Below are positions 1 to 11,534 of a stretch of DNA of 20,000 nt, one piece after another. This DNA comes from Paraglomus brasilianum (taxonomy: Eukaryota): NCBI GenBank assembly GCA_910592345.1, contig CAJVPI010000045.1, positions 49,498 to 69,497 of the forward strand, in the 5' to 3' direction. The notes under the pieces are model-generated. The model saw nothing but the letters and a program-made list of their open reading frames with translations, had not been told where the DNA came from and ran no database searches. Position 1 is the first letter of the stretch, and the number at the start of each line of letters is the position of its first letter. A program made the position numbers and the translations under genes.

Positions 1-560
1 TCAAGAGTACCTATAGGCAGCGCGATGTTATAGAAGTGGAACCAGAGTGTGAGAAAGCGATCAGAAATCAGTAGAACAGGGGAACATCAGTACTTAATCA
101 GATGCCGCGATATTATTTGGTCAATGGTTCTTCCAAAGTCTCGTGTAAGCTCATCCTATAAGATACCATCCAATAATATACATCGCCAGTAAAGATCTCC
201 GTGTCGTGTCTAATCTCTGCATACACAACTCGGGCACAAGCATTGTTGATTATATTATGTACCGGAAATTGGAAGGTTGGCTCCTTGATAGGTTTTGTGG
301 CGGCCAGAGGACAATTGTCAGGCAACCGCGTCTTATCATAGCTCGGGTCTGTTCACATCTCTTAATTGTTTCGGCAGCTTCTACATGTTATAGAACCAAA
401 TCATAGTTACTATCAGAAATGACATTTGAGTTAGTCTAGTATTATTGACTTCTTTTATATGTGAAGTTTTCTTTATCTTAGCTGCATACGTAATTGGACT
501 TTAATTTACACACCTAGTTCCGTATTCCACAATTATTGTCTCGTTCCAATTCAATTCAGG

Positions 561-1331
561 CTAAACCCTTCTTTTCGATTCCATCATTCTTTTCGGACTT
601 GTCAGATCATGCAGTAGATGACAAGATAAACCCAAATTGTGCCCATAGAAAGAACTTGGTGCTTCAGTCATTTCCTTTATACAAAGTTTGGTAATGCAGG
701 CAAAATTAAATACATCGTCTTTCCTGATTCAAACACATATGTTCGTTTTACATTGCATCAATGTGATCTTCCACACACCTTCATTTCTCTTATCGCCTTG
801 CTTCTCGATTACAAAGGACATCGTTCATTGCATTCCGCGTGATCGACGATCGAGAAAATATCTCCACTTATATATACAGTGCTGTCGAATACGTCTATCA
901 GTTTTAAATAATTTTGCAGCTTAATGATAGCTTTTTTGTTCATCAAGCACTTCTGCACTTACCATCGTTGAATCATTCTCGGCGCCCAAGGTAATGTGCT
1001 AATCTCATGTGGTTGTGAATATTTTGTCTTATCCAAAAAAAGCGCACCGCCTGCTAATTGACATTCCCAAGTTATTCTTCCATCTACTAGTACGCCTAAT
1101 TACGACAACTCTATATGTGGAATAACTTACTTGCGGCAGTTTGCCCGAGAATCCCGTCATCCTCACAAAATTCTTGATGATTATTCGTATTGCTGGATGA
1201 AATCTTGGTCGAACCCTCCGCATAGATCAAACCATGCGGGTCTTTCGATCGGCAGGTTGAAATAAATCTTCTGGAGACTTATGATTTCGAAAAGCCATGA
1301 AAGGGACGAATATTTAGAGACGACACGGCTA
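561..1331 (-). pseudogene. Four-exon degenerate gene fragment, product unidentified
   Basis: Exons with GTAAGT/GTGTGT donors: SWLFEIISLQKIYFNLPIERPAWFDLCGG.., DGRITWECQLAGGALFLDKTKYSQPHEISTLPWAPRMIQR, LQNYLKLIDVFDS.., KDDVFNFACITKLC..RV* (stop at 561-563). Internal stops and frameshifts. Confidence 0.5.
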
Positions 1332-1451
1332 CTAAAGTCCAACATAATAAATATTATAAATGCATGAAGCCCAAGCGTACATATGATCAATAATACAATG
1401 ATGCTTACATTGATTAAATTATAGTCATCACGTCTTTGTGATTAATCTACA

Positions 1452-2160
1452 TCTGTTGATAGTCGGTTCCATTCTCTTCTGAGGATGCTGGTGTTACTTC
1501 TACTGACTCGTAGTCATCGGTCATTTTTATCTCCTCTTCTTGTTCTTCTTTATCATCGTCCTCCTCTTCCTCTCGCTCTCGTCCTCATTCTCACTTAATA
1601 GAATTATAACGCAGTACTAAAACACGTATAATAAGCATATGTTAAACTTCACAACAATATCTAATCCTTGTACTTACCCTCTGCCTCTTCGTTCTCTTCT
1701 TCGTTGTCTTCCTCAGTCTCTTCTTCAGTTTCCTCTTTGCTCTTAGTAGAATCGTAGAAATTATCTAAAGCCTTTTCATAGCGAATATTCGGTCATATGA
1801 ATCAACCTATGGGAGAAAAGGGCTCGTTTAAATAGAACAAAAATGAACGTAAAGTTTCTGGATATACATATTCCATTTATATACCGACGGATCAGATTTT
1901 TTGATAGGCCAGTCGGGCAGCGGTTCGTACCGGGCAAGCGTGTGCTTACATGACCCTATTGGTAAGATAAGACCGTTAAAACGTACTCGATTACAAAATT
2001 GGTCAGTATATTTACGATATCATCGTATCAGAACATACCCATGCTTAGACTGCTGTGGGTGCCTCCTTGTCACAATCTAATCGTCTTCATCCGTTCAGTC
2101 AATATTCCCACACTTTTCGGGTGCAAAGTAGTAAACATTTTCGACCACTAATGGAACACC
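1452..2160 (-). pseudogene. Fragment of AP-3 complex beta subunit (AP3B/Apl6) hinge region
   Basis: Exons give CDKEAP, KHTLARYEPLPDWPIKKSDPSV (compare AP-3 beta GYxxLPDWPxxxPDPSVR), then ALDNFYDS and a long acidic tract over two exons. GTATGT/GTAAGT donors. Frameshifts; no N-terminal adaptin trunk is visible upstream. Confidence 0.6.
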
Positions 2161-3286
2161 TTTGATAGAATGCAAATTCATATTTAACCCATAAGCGTAT
2201 AGCGATAAGAAAAGGTAAATCCTAATGATCATTTTGCGGATGATTGCAATTGTATCTGTTATTATAGCAAAACCGGAACCAAACTTTTATTGTATAACCC
2301 TTTTTGAAGCCCCCTACATAAAACACAGAATTAATTTAATGGCTCACGTTTTATAGCCCTTCAGTTGTGCATGTACGTGGAGAATAAGCGGAGCAGAAAG
2401 AATGCGACGCGCGACATCTAGATGAAACGACTTTTACGCTTTCACACGTGATCCATTATTTTTCTAGTGCAACCCAATTTTGATTATTATTATTATTATG
2501 GGGATAAATGCACAATCAATTTGCCTAATATTGTGAATACCTTAACTGAGGGTTGTGGTAGATTGTCGAAACGCTAGCAAATTTGAAACATTTATTATTA
2601 TCTAGTATTACAAGAATCCCACTCGGAAAATCCCAATAACACGTCTCAAAATTAATCTTCTTAAATTGCTTTTAGAACATTAAAGCCACACTATGTCATA
2701 AATTTATGAACCACAGTCTCAAATCAAATTTACTATAATAAGATTTTACGTTATTAATGTTAGTACGTTATGCGAAATGGACAAGACAGTTGCGAACATT
2801 CCTGGTGTCCCCTTCTTCATCCTCCACGAGACGTACATATCCTTTGTCTTTATCAGCATATTCTTCTGTAGTTTTAAGAGGAAACAATTCAAAAAGGCAA
2901 TGACTCCAGAGAACATACACTTGTAATGAGTATGGGGAATACATTTTTATCAATTCACGTGCCATCTATTACCCAATGAGAACTCAACCCGTAAATATAA
3001 ACAGTTACTAAATTATTTAATATTAATACATTTACTCCGAGTTGGAAATTAAGCAAATTGTTTTCGGTATTTCTCTTAATGAACATTCCCGTTAATATTG
3101 ATAAACGTTGTCATTTCAACACAGGTTAGTTGCAGGGGTAGTAGTGACTATGCTGTTATTAATTGCTAATGTATATATGCATTCATGCACATTATCACTT
3201 AAATATTTGTTGAGAAGTGTTTAGCACTTTCAATTACCATACATATTCACAAAAATACCAGTATCTTATTGTACTTGTTGGTGAAT

Positions 3287-3581
3287 ATGGCTGAAAAGAA
3301 CTAACTGAATTTGAGCAGAGTCATTATTGGCGGGTGGTTGTTTGGACACTCAGAACGGGAAATTGAGGAAAAAACTGCCCATCCAAAGACAACTGTTCAT
3401 TGTACTATTGAAAAATATTGTGAAACTGGTACAACAGCTCTCTTCTGCACAGCAGAAGACCACCAGTCTTGATAAGTGTCACCTTGAAATAATTGTTTGA
3501 TCCCAATCATTGACAGACTACAAGACAAGTTCATCAACAACCGTTTACATAAAGGCTAAAGGCTATGCAACTAAATATTGG
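3287..3581 (+). mobile_element. Internally deleted, degenerate Tc1-like transposase
   Basis: N-terminal HTH ELTEFE-RVIIGGWLFGHSEREIEEKTAHPKTTVHCTIEKYCETG, then RRPPVL..DKCHLEIIV*, joined directly to the canonical Tc1 C-terminus IKAKGYATKY (3549-3578). The DDE domain is absent and TIRs were not confidently found. Confidence 0.8.
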
Positions 3582-4422
3582 TGAATATTGTAATTGGTTT
3601 TCACTTTCAATTATGTGTTGAATGGATTTTTTTTTTATTAGCAATTTTACTAAATTTTTATATATTATATTTAAATTAAGCTATTCACGAAAAGTTTTTG
3701 TAGTGCCTTTTATGCTCTTTTTGGGACAATTCTAAATGTTTATATTGCAAATTCTATTCTCTATTTTTGGTAACATGCTCTAAGTGAGCTTAGCATTCTA
3801 CTATTCAATCTATGATGATAATTTGCAGAAACATTAGCTATAACCTGCGCCAACGTTGGTATAAATTCCATGGCTATAGGACATCTCGGTTGTGAATTTA
3901 TTCATGATTAATAAAAATTGGAGGGGTGGTCCGTGACTTTTGAGACGGCACTGCCATTATTAACCTCACTACCTTCATTCCTAATATTAACAGATATTTT
4001 GCTTTACAACGAGCAGTCGTTAAAAGAAGGAAAATATTTGAACAAACTTTGTTTTATAATATTGTTGACACCAACAGATGTTGTGATCCCCATGAATGTA
4101 ACTGATATCAAAACGTTAATAGTTCATCCGATCCGTTCAATTATAGCCATCTTTGGCTCCGGTTCGTTTAAACATCGACCCTGTCGAAAACAAAGTAGAA
4201 AATCCCGATCAAAAGATGGAAATCTAGATAAGAAAACGATGCAACATGATAGTTTCCCTTACGGGAACCCAATTGACTATGAAAAAAGAGAAGCACACAC
4301 GCTAGGTGAGATTATTTGCGTATCATAACTGACAACTCAAAACTTCCCAGCAGAGCTACCACGCATATTACTGTATTAATGAAACAAGTCTGAAAAATGT
4401 TGAGGATATTCTATGAGGCTTA

Positions 4423-4717
4423 CAGTTGAACCTCGTTATACCGAAGTGTCGGGGGAGGCAAAGTATTCAATGCCATTATTGCATCCATGATTCGGTATAA
4501 CGAGACATTCGGTATAGTGAGGTACCTCTATATAACGAAGTTAGGCCTAGGTCAAAAATGCTGGCACACAACTAAAATCATACTATTACTGTCAAAATCG
4601 TATGATCCTCATCTTAATCTGCTACAACAAATCGTGACAAACTTCGGTATAAAGCGATATAGTAGCCCATGTAAAAATCCTGCATCGGGATTCCTTCGGT
4701 ATAACGAGGTTCGACTG
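4423..4717. mobile_element. pogo/Tigger-like MITE (295 bp)
   Basis: 24-bp TIRs CAGTTGAACCTCGTTATACCGAAG / rc CAGTCGAACCTCGTTATACCGAAG with 1 mismatch. Flanked by TA (4421-4422) and CA (probably a mutated TA). Internal TTCGGTATA repeats at about 4491, 4508 and 4644. Confidence 0.9.
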
Positions 4718-4764
4718 CACATCTCTTCGTGTCTCATCTCCTGCTAAGACCTGACTTCCAAACT

Positions 4765-4909
4765 ACGAATACTCGCGCAAAAGCTAGTTGTGTCACCGAC
4801 ACTCGCGAGGGAGCGTGGCACAGTAACCAAGGTTGTTTAATCACGTGATGAGATTGATCATTTGTATATCATGTCCGATCCGCGTCTTTCCTCTCCCCAA
4901 ATTCAGAAA
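4765..4909 (+). promoter_or_regulatory. CpG-rich CENP-K promoter region with a palindromic E-box and CGCG (MCB/SCB/E2F-like) cores
   Basis: ATCACGTGAT palindrome at 4840-4849, ACTCGCGCAAAA at 4771, ACTCGCGAG at 4801 and CCGCGTC at about 4880, all just upstream of the ATG. Confidence 0.45.
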
Positions 4910-6445
4910 ATGTCAAAATCTCCATCTTCCTCCTCCAAGACGCGCTCATCTTCTTCCAAGTCGCGTTCATCATCATCTTCTTCCAAGTCGCGTTCATCAT
5001 CATCCTCTTCCAAGTCGCGTTCTTCCTCTTCCAAGTCGCGTTCTTCTTCTTCCAAGACGTTATTAGACGAATGTATTGAACAATTAACACAAAGGTGTTC
5101 CGAGGAATGGAATAAATTGAGTGAAGTGAGTAGGCTGGAAAGTTGTTCATAGTTCAAGAGCTGCATTCACAATTTCTAATCACATAAATAGCTGCAGAAG
5201 CGCGCGGCAGAATGCAAACAAGTTGATAAATCGAATACGGAAAAGGTAAGCTGGCTGGTAGAACTGGATTTTGTATTTGGCTATTGATTGATTTTGAACC
5301 CCTAATGATTGATCGTAATCTATTTACTATGATTTAGAGATTGGCAAATCTAAGAGCTGAAGAACAAAGGTTGATATTTGAATTGGAGATTGCTGAGAAA
5401 GGTTAGTTATTCACAAATTTAAGTAGGAGTAAATTTACTTGTCAATTACGTTAATGGGGATAGGATAGCAGCCAACTTTCATTAGGATGTGTTTCTCTTC
5501 TATAGATGCAAAGGAACCAAATAGATATTCTCAAGTAATAAGTCAAATAATGATCAAAAAGCAACTCTATGACAATATCCAACAGTATAAGCAAGCCCTA
5601 CCCCAATTGCGTGAACAATTACAAGAGACAAAGGAACAGCTGAAAAGGTCAATACAAAATTGAATTTATCAGTGAGAATAAATATTTGGTTTTGAACCCA
5701 GATATTAATATTGGTGTTTATGCACAATAATGTATTGATTAGAGATCAGGAAACCCTAGCTGAGAATGAAGCAATAAATGTAATGTTGAGGGGAAAACTT
5801 GACAGTCTAAAAGGATGGTATGAAAATCCTCTTGAAGCAGAGGCTGCTAAATTGGAGTATGTTGGCATTGTATAACTTTGATCTTGTTATGTGCTGAAGT
5901 TTTATCCATTTAACTGGATTGTTTCTTAACCAGAAAACTGAGAAGTCAGCTAAACATAGCAAACGAAGACATAACTATCTTGATGGAAGAATTGATTGCA
6001 TTTTTGGATACGCATTTTCCTCCTGCTACAGTTAAGGTGAGATAATAATAAGTGATAAATGTTATTGCAATTGCTGAGAAGACCAGTGAAATCAAAGTTA
6101 TGTTGTTTTTTAGAAACATGGCAGTGATGATCAAGTTATTACTGCATCACTAAAAGAAGTGCTTGAGGTAACTGTTGACTATCAATAATTTTTTATTTCT
6201 GTCTTCCAAACATCTTAAGCTATCTACCTGATGCCATAACACACTCAATTAACACTTTTCTCTTGTCTGCTAATATTCAAAACAAGGAATTTATGAACAA
6301 ATCATTCTCAGACCCTGAACTATATATCCAATTTGATGCTGAACATGTCTGGTTACCACATATTGAATTACTTATTCGTGCTGGTATTGCAAAACAACAT
6401 CCAGAAGATGCTTACAAAATTAGGCTTATCAATTTTCATTCATAG
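4910..6445 (+). CDS. CENPK: Centromere protein K (CENP-K/Sim4/Mcm22 family), 8 exons: 4910-5125, 5192-5245, 5338-5401, 5506-5647, 5743-5856, 5934-6036, 6114-6167, 6287-6445 (906 nt, 301 aa; alternative in-frame ATG at 4871)
   Basis: Seven GT..AG introns join into one uninterrupted frame. The segments CSEEWNKLSELQKR, a coiled-coil middle, LMEELIAFLDTHFPP and the C-terminus SLKEVLEEFMNKSFSDPELYIQFDAEHVWLPHIELLIRAGIAKQHPEDAYKIRLINFHS* match CENP-K hallmarks as I recall them (LGEFLEDHFP; WPPYVELLLRNGIALRHPEDPTRIRLEAFH). Confidence 0.92.
4921..5058 (+). repeat. Coding minisatellite: six 21-27 bp units encoding (S4-6)K(S/T)R in CENP-K exon 1
   Basis: Repeated core TCTTCCAAGTCGCGTTC; translation SSSSKTR SSSSKSR SSSSSSKSR SSSSSSKSR SSSSKSR SSSSKT. 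Confidence 0.95.
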
Positions 6446-6699
6446 TGTAAAGAGGGTGACTGAATATGAAATAAAGAAGAAACTATGAAATATGATGTTT
6501 AATAGATGGGAGAACATTTGTCAATTTTAATGTTTTTGTATATCAGAGATTAAGATTGTTGAGCACTAAATCATGCAATTAATTAAATTCCATCAATTTC
6601 ATTGAATCTGTAATAATGATTTATTAAGAAGCTACACATACAATTGTATGTAGAAATGAATAGGTCAGATTAGAATTATTATTATAGCATGACATATGA

Positions 6700-7900
6700 A
6701 TATAGTTTGCATTCTACTTCAATCTTGTCTAATCACTGTGTCAAGTTCTTGGACATGTCTTACATATCACAGTATTTATCTAACTGTACAAGAGACACAT
6801 CCATTGATGAGTGTTTAGTTACATATTATAAGCCATGATTTCAAATGCCATGGTTATGGTAGAACTAGTTTGATAGCATTCAATCTTGTTAGTATACTCA
6901 GCTTCCTCAGAGCCAATGCATTGATAAAAAACATAATAATAAACAATCCAATTATCAATCAAAGAACTTTCACATACCCTGCATCAATGTACATGCAGAA
7001 TGCTTCACCACCACAATAATAATGGCTTGTGTATAAAAAATGTTTGCCATTTCCCTCCAACAATAGCTATTCTGCTAAATTAATATGGAATTTGTCTGCT
7101 ACCATAAACAATGAATTCTACTCTATTTTATAGAATTTCTGCTGGACTGCTGGATCTTGATGCCAATATTTGATATATAGCCTCACACACTTGGTTTTTT
7201 AAGGTATGTTGTTACTCTTAATGTCTTTAGTATTATTGTTTTGTTAGATGTAGTAGTAGATCACCATGGGAGAATTTTAGTTCATGTCCTCAATTCGAAA
7301 GCTTTCTCTTACCTATTATTATTAGATGTATGGTAGACTGAAATTCAACATGATTATACATAAAAGTGTGTTTTTCATGTATACACAACTATAACCAATT
7401 ATTTCTTCTCCATAGAAAACTACGATTAAGTTGCAAAATCTAACCCAATCTATTTTAATATATTAGACCAACCTCATCGAACTTAATAACGCAAATGAGG
7501 GATCCCTTAAAACGCGTCCCTTCTTTATTAATGTACATACTATAAAAATAATCATTAGCTATGTTCTAATAATATTTCTATTCTTAACTGTAGATATTGG
7601 ACATTATAGTTTTGTGCAAATTAGCAATGGTATGTATAAAGATCCGCCCTTCAAAAGTAGCGAAACTACACGTAATAATGAATTCTTATTCTCACTCGGT
7701 ACTGGTCATGGGACATGCATAGGATTGGGTGTTTCAATGATAGCTATTCTGTAATAGTAAGATGTCATTTACTGAAGTTTACATGCTTGCTCATAATTAT
7801 GAGTATACACTTCTGGGTTGCATTGTCATCTGTTTGAAAGTTTTGTCAGTCAATCGCTGCTGCTGAAGCTGAAACTAACCAATGAAATATCATGGTTTCA
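6700..7900 (-). pseudogene. Highly decayed TKL kinase + Sel1-like repeat gene
   Basis: IP*KTKCVRLYIKYWHQDPAV (kinase subdomain XI-like, about 7145-7210), followed by exons with EAFCMYIDAG and EAEYTNKIECYQ..TMAFE (Sel1-like). CpG-depleted; boundaries approximate. Confidence 0.5.
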
Positions 7901-8536
7901 TCAGCTCCCACAATTAATAAACAACACCAATTTAATAAAAAAGGAAATTAATTTTTAATTCCGAATTTGAATCTCAAAAGTTGTAGTTGTCTCAATAATT
8001 CATTCAGAATTGCTTTTGATTATTACATGTGCTCAAAATTTATTAAAGGTTTTTTTCTTCAAAATATCTACTGCCATGTATGCTGTGCAAGTGAAAATGG
8101 TTTCTCACTTGACCCGTGTAATTATTCTTGGCGCTTTGAGTAAGTAGCAGATACGACATTTTCCCCTTTGCTTAGACTTTGAAGATCAATCCATCGGATG
8201 CCTTATTGAAGATGGATTTAGATCATACCAATGCGGAGCGTAGATGATATTATGGGAGTTATCAGACTGGAGGTGGCTAGATATGGAAATGGAAAAGAAA
8301 GGAACGAAACAATGAATACGATATAAATAATACGAATGAAATTTTGTTGGTATGAGTGAGCGAGCTATATATTTACGTTTCTCGTTTTTAACACGACCCA
8401 TCACCAGACATAATCAGTAGCAATACACGACCCGTACCCGTTATTCTCCCTTTACATACTAATACCTCATTCGGCAGAGGTTCAACGAAAACCAAATAAC
8501 TCTCTTATATTAACAACAGCAAATAAAACTCCACTG

Positions 8537-8606
8537 TTTGTGAAGTAAAAGGATCGGATTTTTTGTTTTTGATCTTTTGTGAAGTAAAAGGATCGGATTT
8601 TTTGTT
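8537..8606. repeat. Perfect 31-bp direct repeat, period 39
   Basis: TTTGTGAAGTAAAAGGATCGGATTTTTTGTT at 8537-8567 and 8576-8606. Confidence 0.95.
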
Positions 8607-8689
8607 GACTTCAATTTCTGTTTAGCATTAGGATTACATATTAATATTAATATGGGGGGGGGTTTCCCAAATAAGCACAGATCTGCGTG

Positions 8690-9010
8690 AGAATGTTCTG
8701 ATAACCGTGCAGGCTCAAACACTATCCCTTAATTGAACATTCAGATGGGCTTGCTCCTCCATAAATAGACTTTACGACGTGCGACCTGGGCAGGTAAATT
8801 CCTGATAATACATTTCTGCACGTTGAATACACAGTTCGTATATGAAGTCTCCCCAATGTTCATTCCAAGAATATCATATTGTTCCTATATACTTATACAA
8901 TCTCATAGCAATACGCCCATCAACGTCCATTCAAGAAGCGCCACGACTTTTGAAATTCCATCATTTGCTATTTTTATAACGCGTACGAGATACAGAAAAT
9001 GGAAATAAAC
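8690..9010 (-). pseudogene. Possible decayed coding fragment, unidentified
   Basis: Near-continuous frame FLYLVRVIKIANDGISKVVALLEW..CVFNVQKCIIRNLPAQVARRKVYLWRSKP with a few stops. Confidence 0.3.
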
Positions 9011-9126
9011 CTTGAAGGTGAATGCAGGTGTTCTAAAGCTCACGTCGAAATTTATTATTTTTCACATTTGTGATTCAATTCACATTTTTGATAATAATAA
9101 CTGTTCTTCGCATTGCCTATCACCGT

Positions 9127-9420
9127 GTCTAACTTCCATCTCCTCCACATCCATTAAAATCTCCTATCTCGTTTGATTATTGCTGGTCATTTAAACATTG
9201 ACATTAAGCAGTTCTTTCCCTCATGAAGATATACTTAATCCTTCCCTTCTCTCTAACCAAAAGAGATAGACGCCCCTGAAGGTATGTCCCGGTCGGTTGA
9301 GAAATTCACAGTATTTTCTCGAGCTTTGTAAAAATGTAGATAGAATATCGTCGCCGATAGCGGTGGTTGGTACTCTTGTTACAGCGAAACAGGTCCGACT
9401 AATGTTAGACATATTTAATA
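9127..9420 (-). pseudogene. Decayed fragment of an unknown gene family (paralog of 13090-13720)
   Basis: EFLNRPGHTFRGVYL, YLHEGKNCLMSMFK*, ILMDVEEMEVRH; clear nucleotide similarity to 13410-13720. Confidence 0.55.
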
Positions 9421-9773
9421 TAGCTGAAATTTAATAGAATAAGGAGAGGAAGAAGGGGAAGAAGGAAAGAAGATGAATGATGAGGACGGTTGGTGATGGT
9501 GACGATGTGCGATGCAGTAGGAGCATGGGTAGAGGAGATGTTTGATAAAAACACGGACGGAAAACGAAACTATTACTATGGTTTCGTCGCACATTTCCGT
9601 CGGGGCATGACGCTGTACCAGCCGATACGAAATATAAGAGTACGGTTCGCATGGACAATTTTATGGCGCGTCATAACTTGGCCGTATGATGGCACCGGGT
9701 GTAGAATAACGGAAACCAATGGTTTCTACATTTTTCAATGTCTAATTGCATCATCGAGTGAAGAACGGGCGGC

Positions 9774-10270
9774 TGTATCATCGAAGACCTTATTAAAAGG
9801 GTGGACCGGAAGAGACAGAACAAGGAGTGGAAGGGAAGTTTGGTTGATATATAGACTTTGATGGTTCTGCTGGTGCGTGTTGATACGATATGTAGGAGGA
9901 AGAGTAGAAGGATAGTTAACGAAACCGGGTGAAAACAGAAGGAACACTTAGAAACGTGATTTCCGCCGGCAATTATGTGGGAAATATAGTTATTATATTG
10001 AGATGAGAACTTTGTATGAGATGATTTGGAATGAGCGAGAAGTTCCGGGGTAAGAGAGAAGACATATCAATTTGCACTGGCTTGGTTAGTGTGATGGTGG
10101 GAATAATGGCCATGTATCAATCAAAGACTTTGATAAGAGGGTGGGCTGTAAGAGACAGAACAAGTTCTAGTAAAGGAGTGGAAGGAAAGTTGGACTAATA
10201 TATAGACTTTGGTGCGTAGAAGGACGGTTAGAGAAAACAGGGTGAAAAAACAAGAGGAGCACTTGGAAAT
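9774..10270. repeat. Diverged direct duplication (about 160-180 bp, offset about 340)
   Basis: 9774-9954 and 10113-10270 share AAGAGACAGAACAAG, AAGGAGTGGAAGG, ATATATAGACTTTG and GGGTGAAAA in the same order, with indels. Confidence 0.85.
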
Positions 10271-10499
10271 ATCAGAATTGTCTTCCATTTCGATTTCCTT
10301 ATCCGCACGGATTCCCCACAAGCAAGAATCAGTAATTAGATCCGCAACAATAAAATGGCGATATTTACAGTATCATCCAACGTGAGCACGCGTCACTGGC
10401 ATAGAGATATCACTGTAATATTGATACATTTGTGTTGTATTAGTGTTTTTAGATCACCATGACTTTGGATACGCATCTCAGACTAGCGGCTCTTGTAGA

Positions 10500-11220
10500 T
10501 TTATTTCAACCCGAAATATGACTGTTTACATTCCAATGATAAATCGTATTGTTGCTTTCCGTGAATTGGAAGGCGATCTAGGTTCACTGATAATTAAGTT
10601 ATTTCCATAGAATCCCAAACTCTGAAGGAAAATCTTCATGACAAGACGTTCCATTAGGTCAAACGTAAAAATCGGTTTGCAGTGTCTAATAAACATATAT
10701 GTTAATAAGCAACATAGCATTTATCCGTCATTTGAAATTGATATCTTGTAACTCACCCTCGAGCCTCCTACAAAAACGATAATCATTGTCGTCTCCGTCA
10801 CTACTAACTTGTGAGCAATACCATGGATATTTCTTGACTGTCAACAACGACTTCCATTTGGTTGATTGAATGTGCTATCCAATTAATACAGTGGTCCAGA
10901 TTTTCTTCCTTTTCTGAGAATTCACTGTCGTCAGTAGCTTGAAAGGCCTTCCGACATTATCTAGAAACAGATTATACTAGTCAATAATTGACACTACAAA
11001 TAAATTGTCCAATCTATTATTACTTACCCGTTGGGTATAAATTTGGGTATTCGGTCGAAATTAGACTCCACGTTCTATTAAACACCTCATTAGCTTTCCA
11101 TACAGAATTATTTGGAGAAGTTCATACTCCATCGGGAGTATGTGTCAAAGCTTTTTTGAATCTAAGTCCCGTTATTGTCGTAAATATCAATAGTGAACTG
11201 ATCATAGCCGTAGTAAATTA
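10500..11220 (-). pseudogene. Three-exon degenerate gene, unknown product
   Basis: GTAAGT (about 11026) and GTGAGT (about 10756) donors with TAG acceptors; peptides SVWKANEVFNRTWSLISTEYPNLYPT and TLQTDFYV*PNGTSCHEDFPSEFGILW. Confidence 0.4.
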
Positions 11221-11534
11221 ATGATTTCGATCTCATAATAATAATAAATGCTATCCAGCGTTATCATAATTTTCATCCACCAATCAAAAATGAATTACGT
11301 CACTAACCAGTCACGTCGATTGTTTATATTAATATCTCACTATTGCTATCTCAACCCACAACCTTTATTTGCGCGGGTGTACACCTTTAGCGTTCAATCG
11401 TAGGTGTAACTAATAAAGGAACGCAAACTCCAGGGTATACAGGTACGTTTAGGCGCCTGGAAGAAGAGCTTCGCCTTGGGTTTGATAAATACAATCATAC
11501 AAACATTGTCAACCTTTCTCCTTCTTTTCAATAG

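Noticed and set aside
2768..2965. Short minus-strand ORF; similarly 113-325 and 19680-19961
   Set aside because: Possibly gene remnants, but I can support neither a family assignment nor an exon structure.
3240..3592. TIRs for the Tc1 relic (CATATTCAC / GTGAATAT)
   Set aside because: Too short and too close to the coding ends; the motif also forms a local inverted pair at 3242-3289.
3918..4328. 136-aa plus-strand ORF
   Set aside because: TTG start and no recognisable motif; probably a chance ORF over decayed sequence.
4840..4849. Point-centromere CDEI element (RTCACRTG)
   Set aside because: No AT-rich CDEII or CDEIII follows; it is better read as a promoter E-box, and CACGTG also occurs at 2445 and 12940.
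4921..5058. CRISPR-like array
   Set aside because: There are no unique spacers and the context is a eukaryotic coding exon. The repeats at 8537, 12468 and 18441 also lack spacers.
4833..5166. ORFs encoding EEEERDL, KNATWK or HHHLLPSRV repeats
   Set aside because: These are antisense or alternative-frame shadows of the CENP-K exon 1 minisatellite; only the Ser-rich frame splices into the conserved protein.
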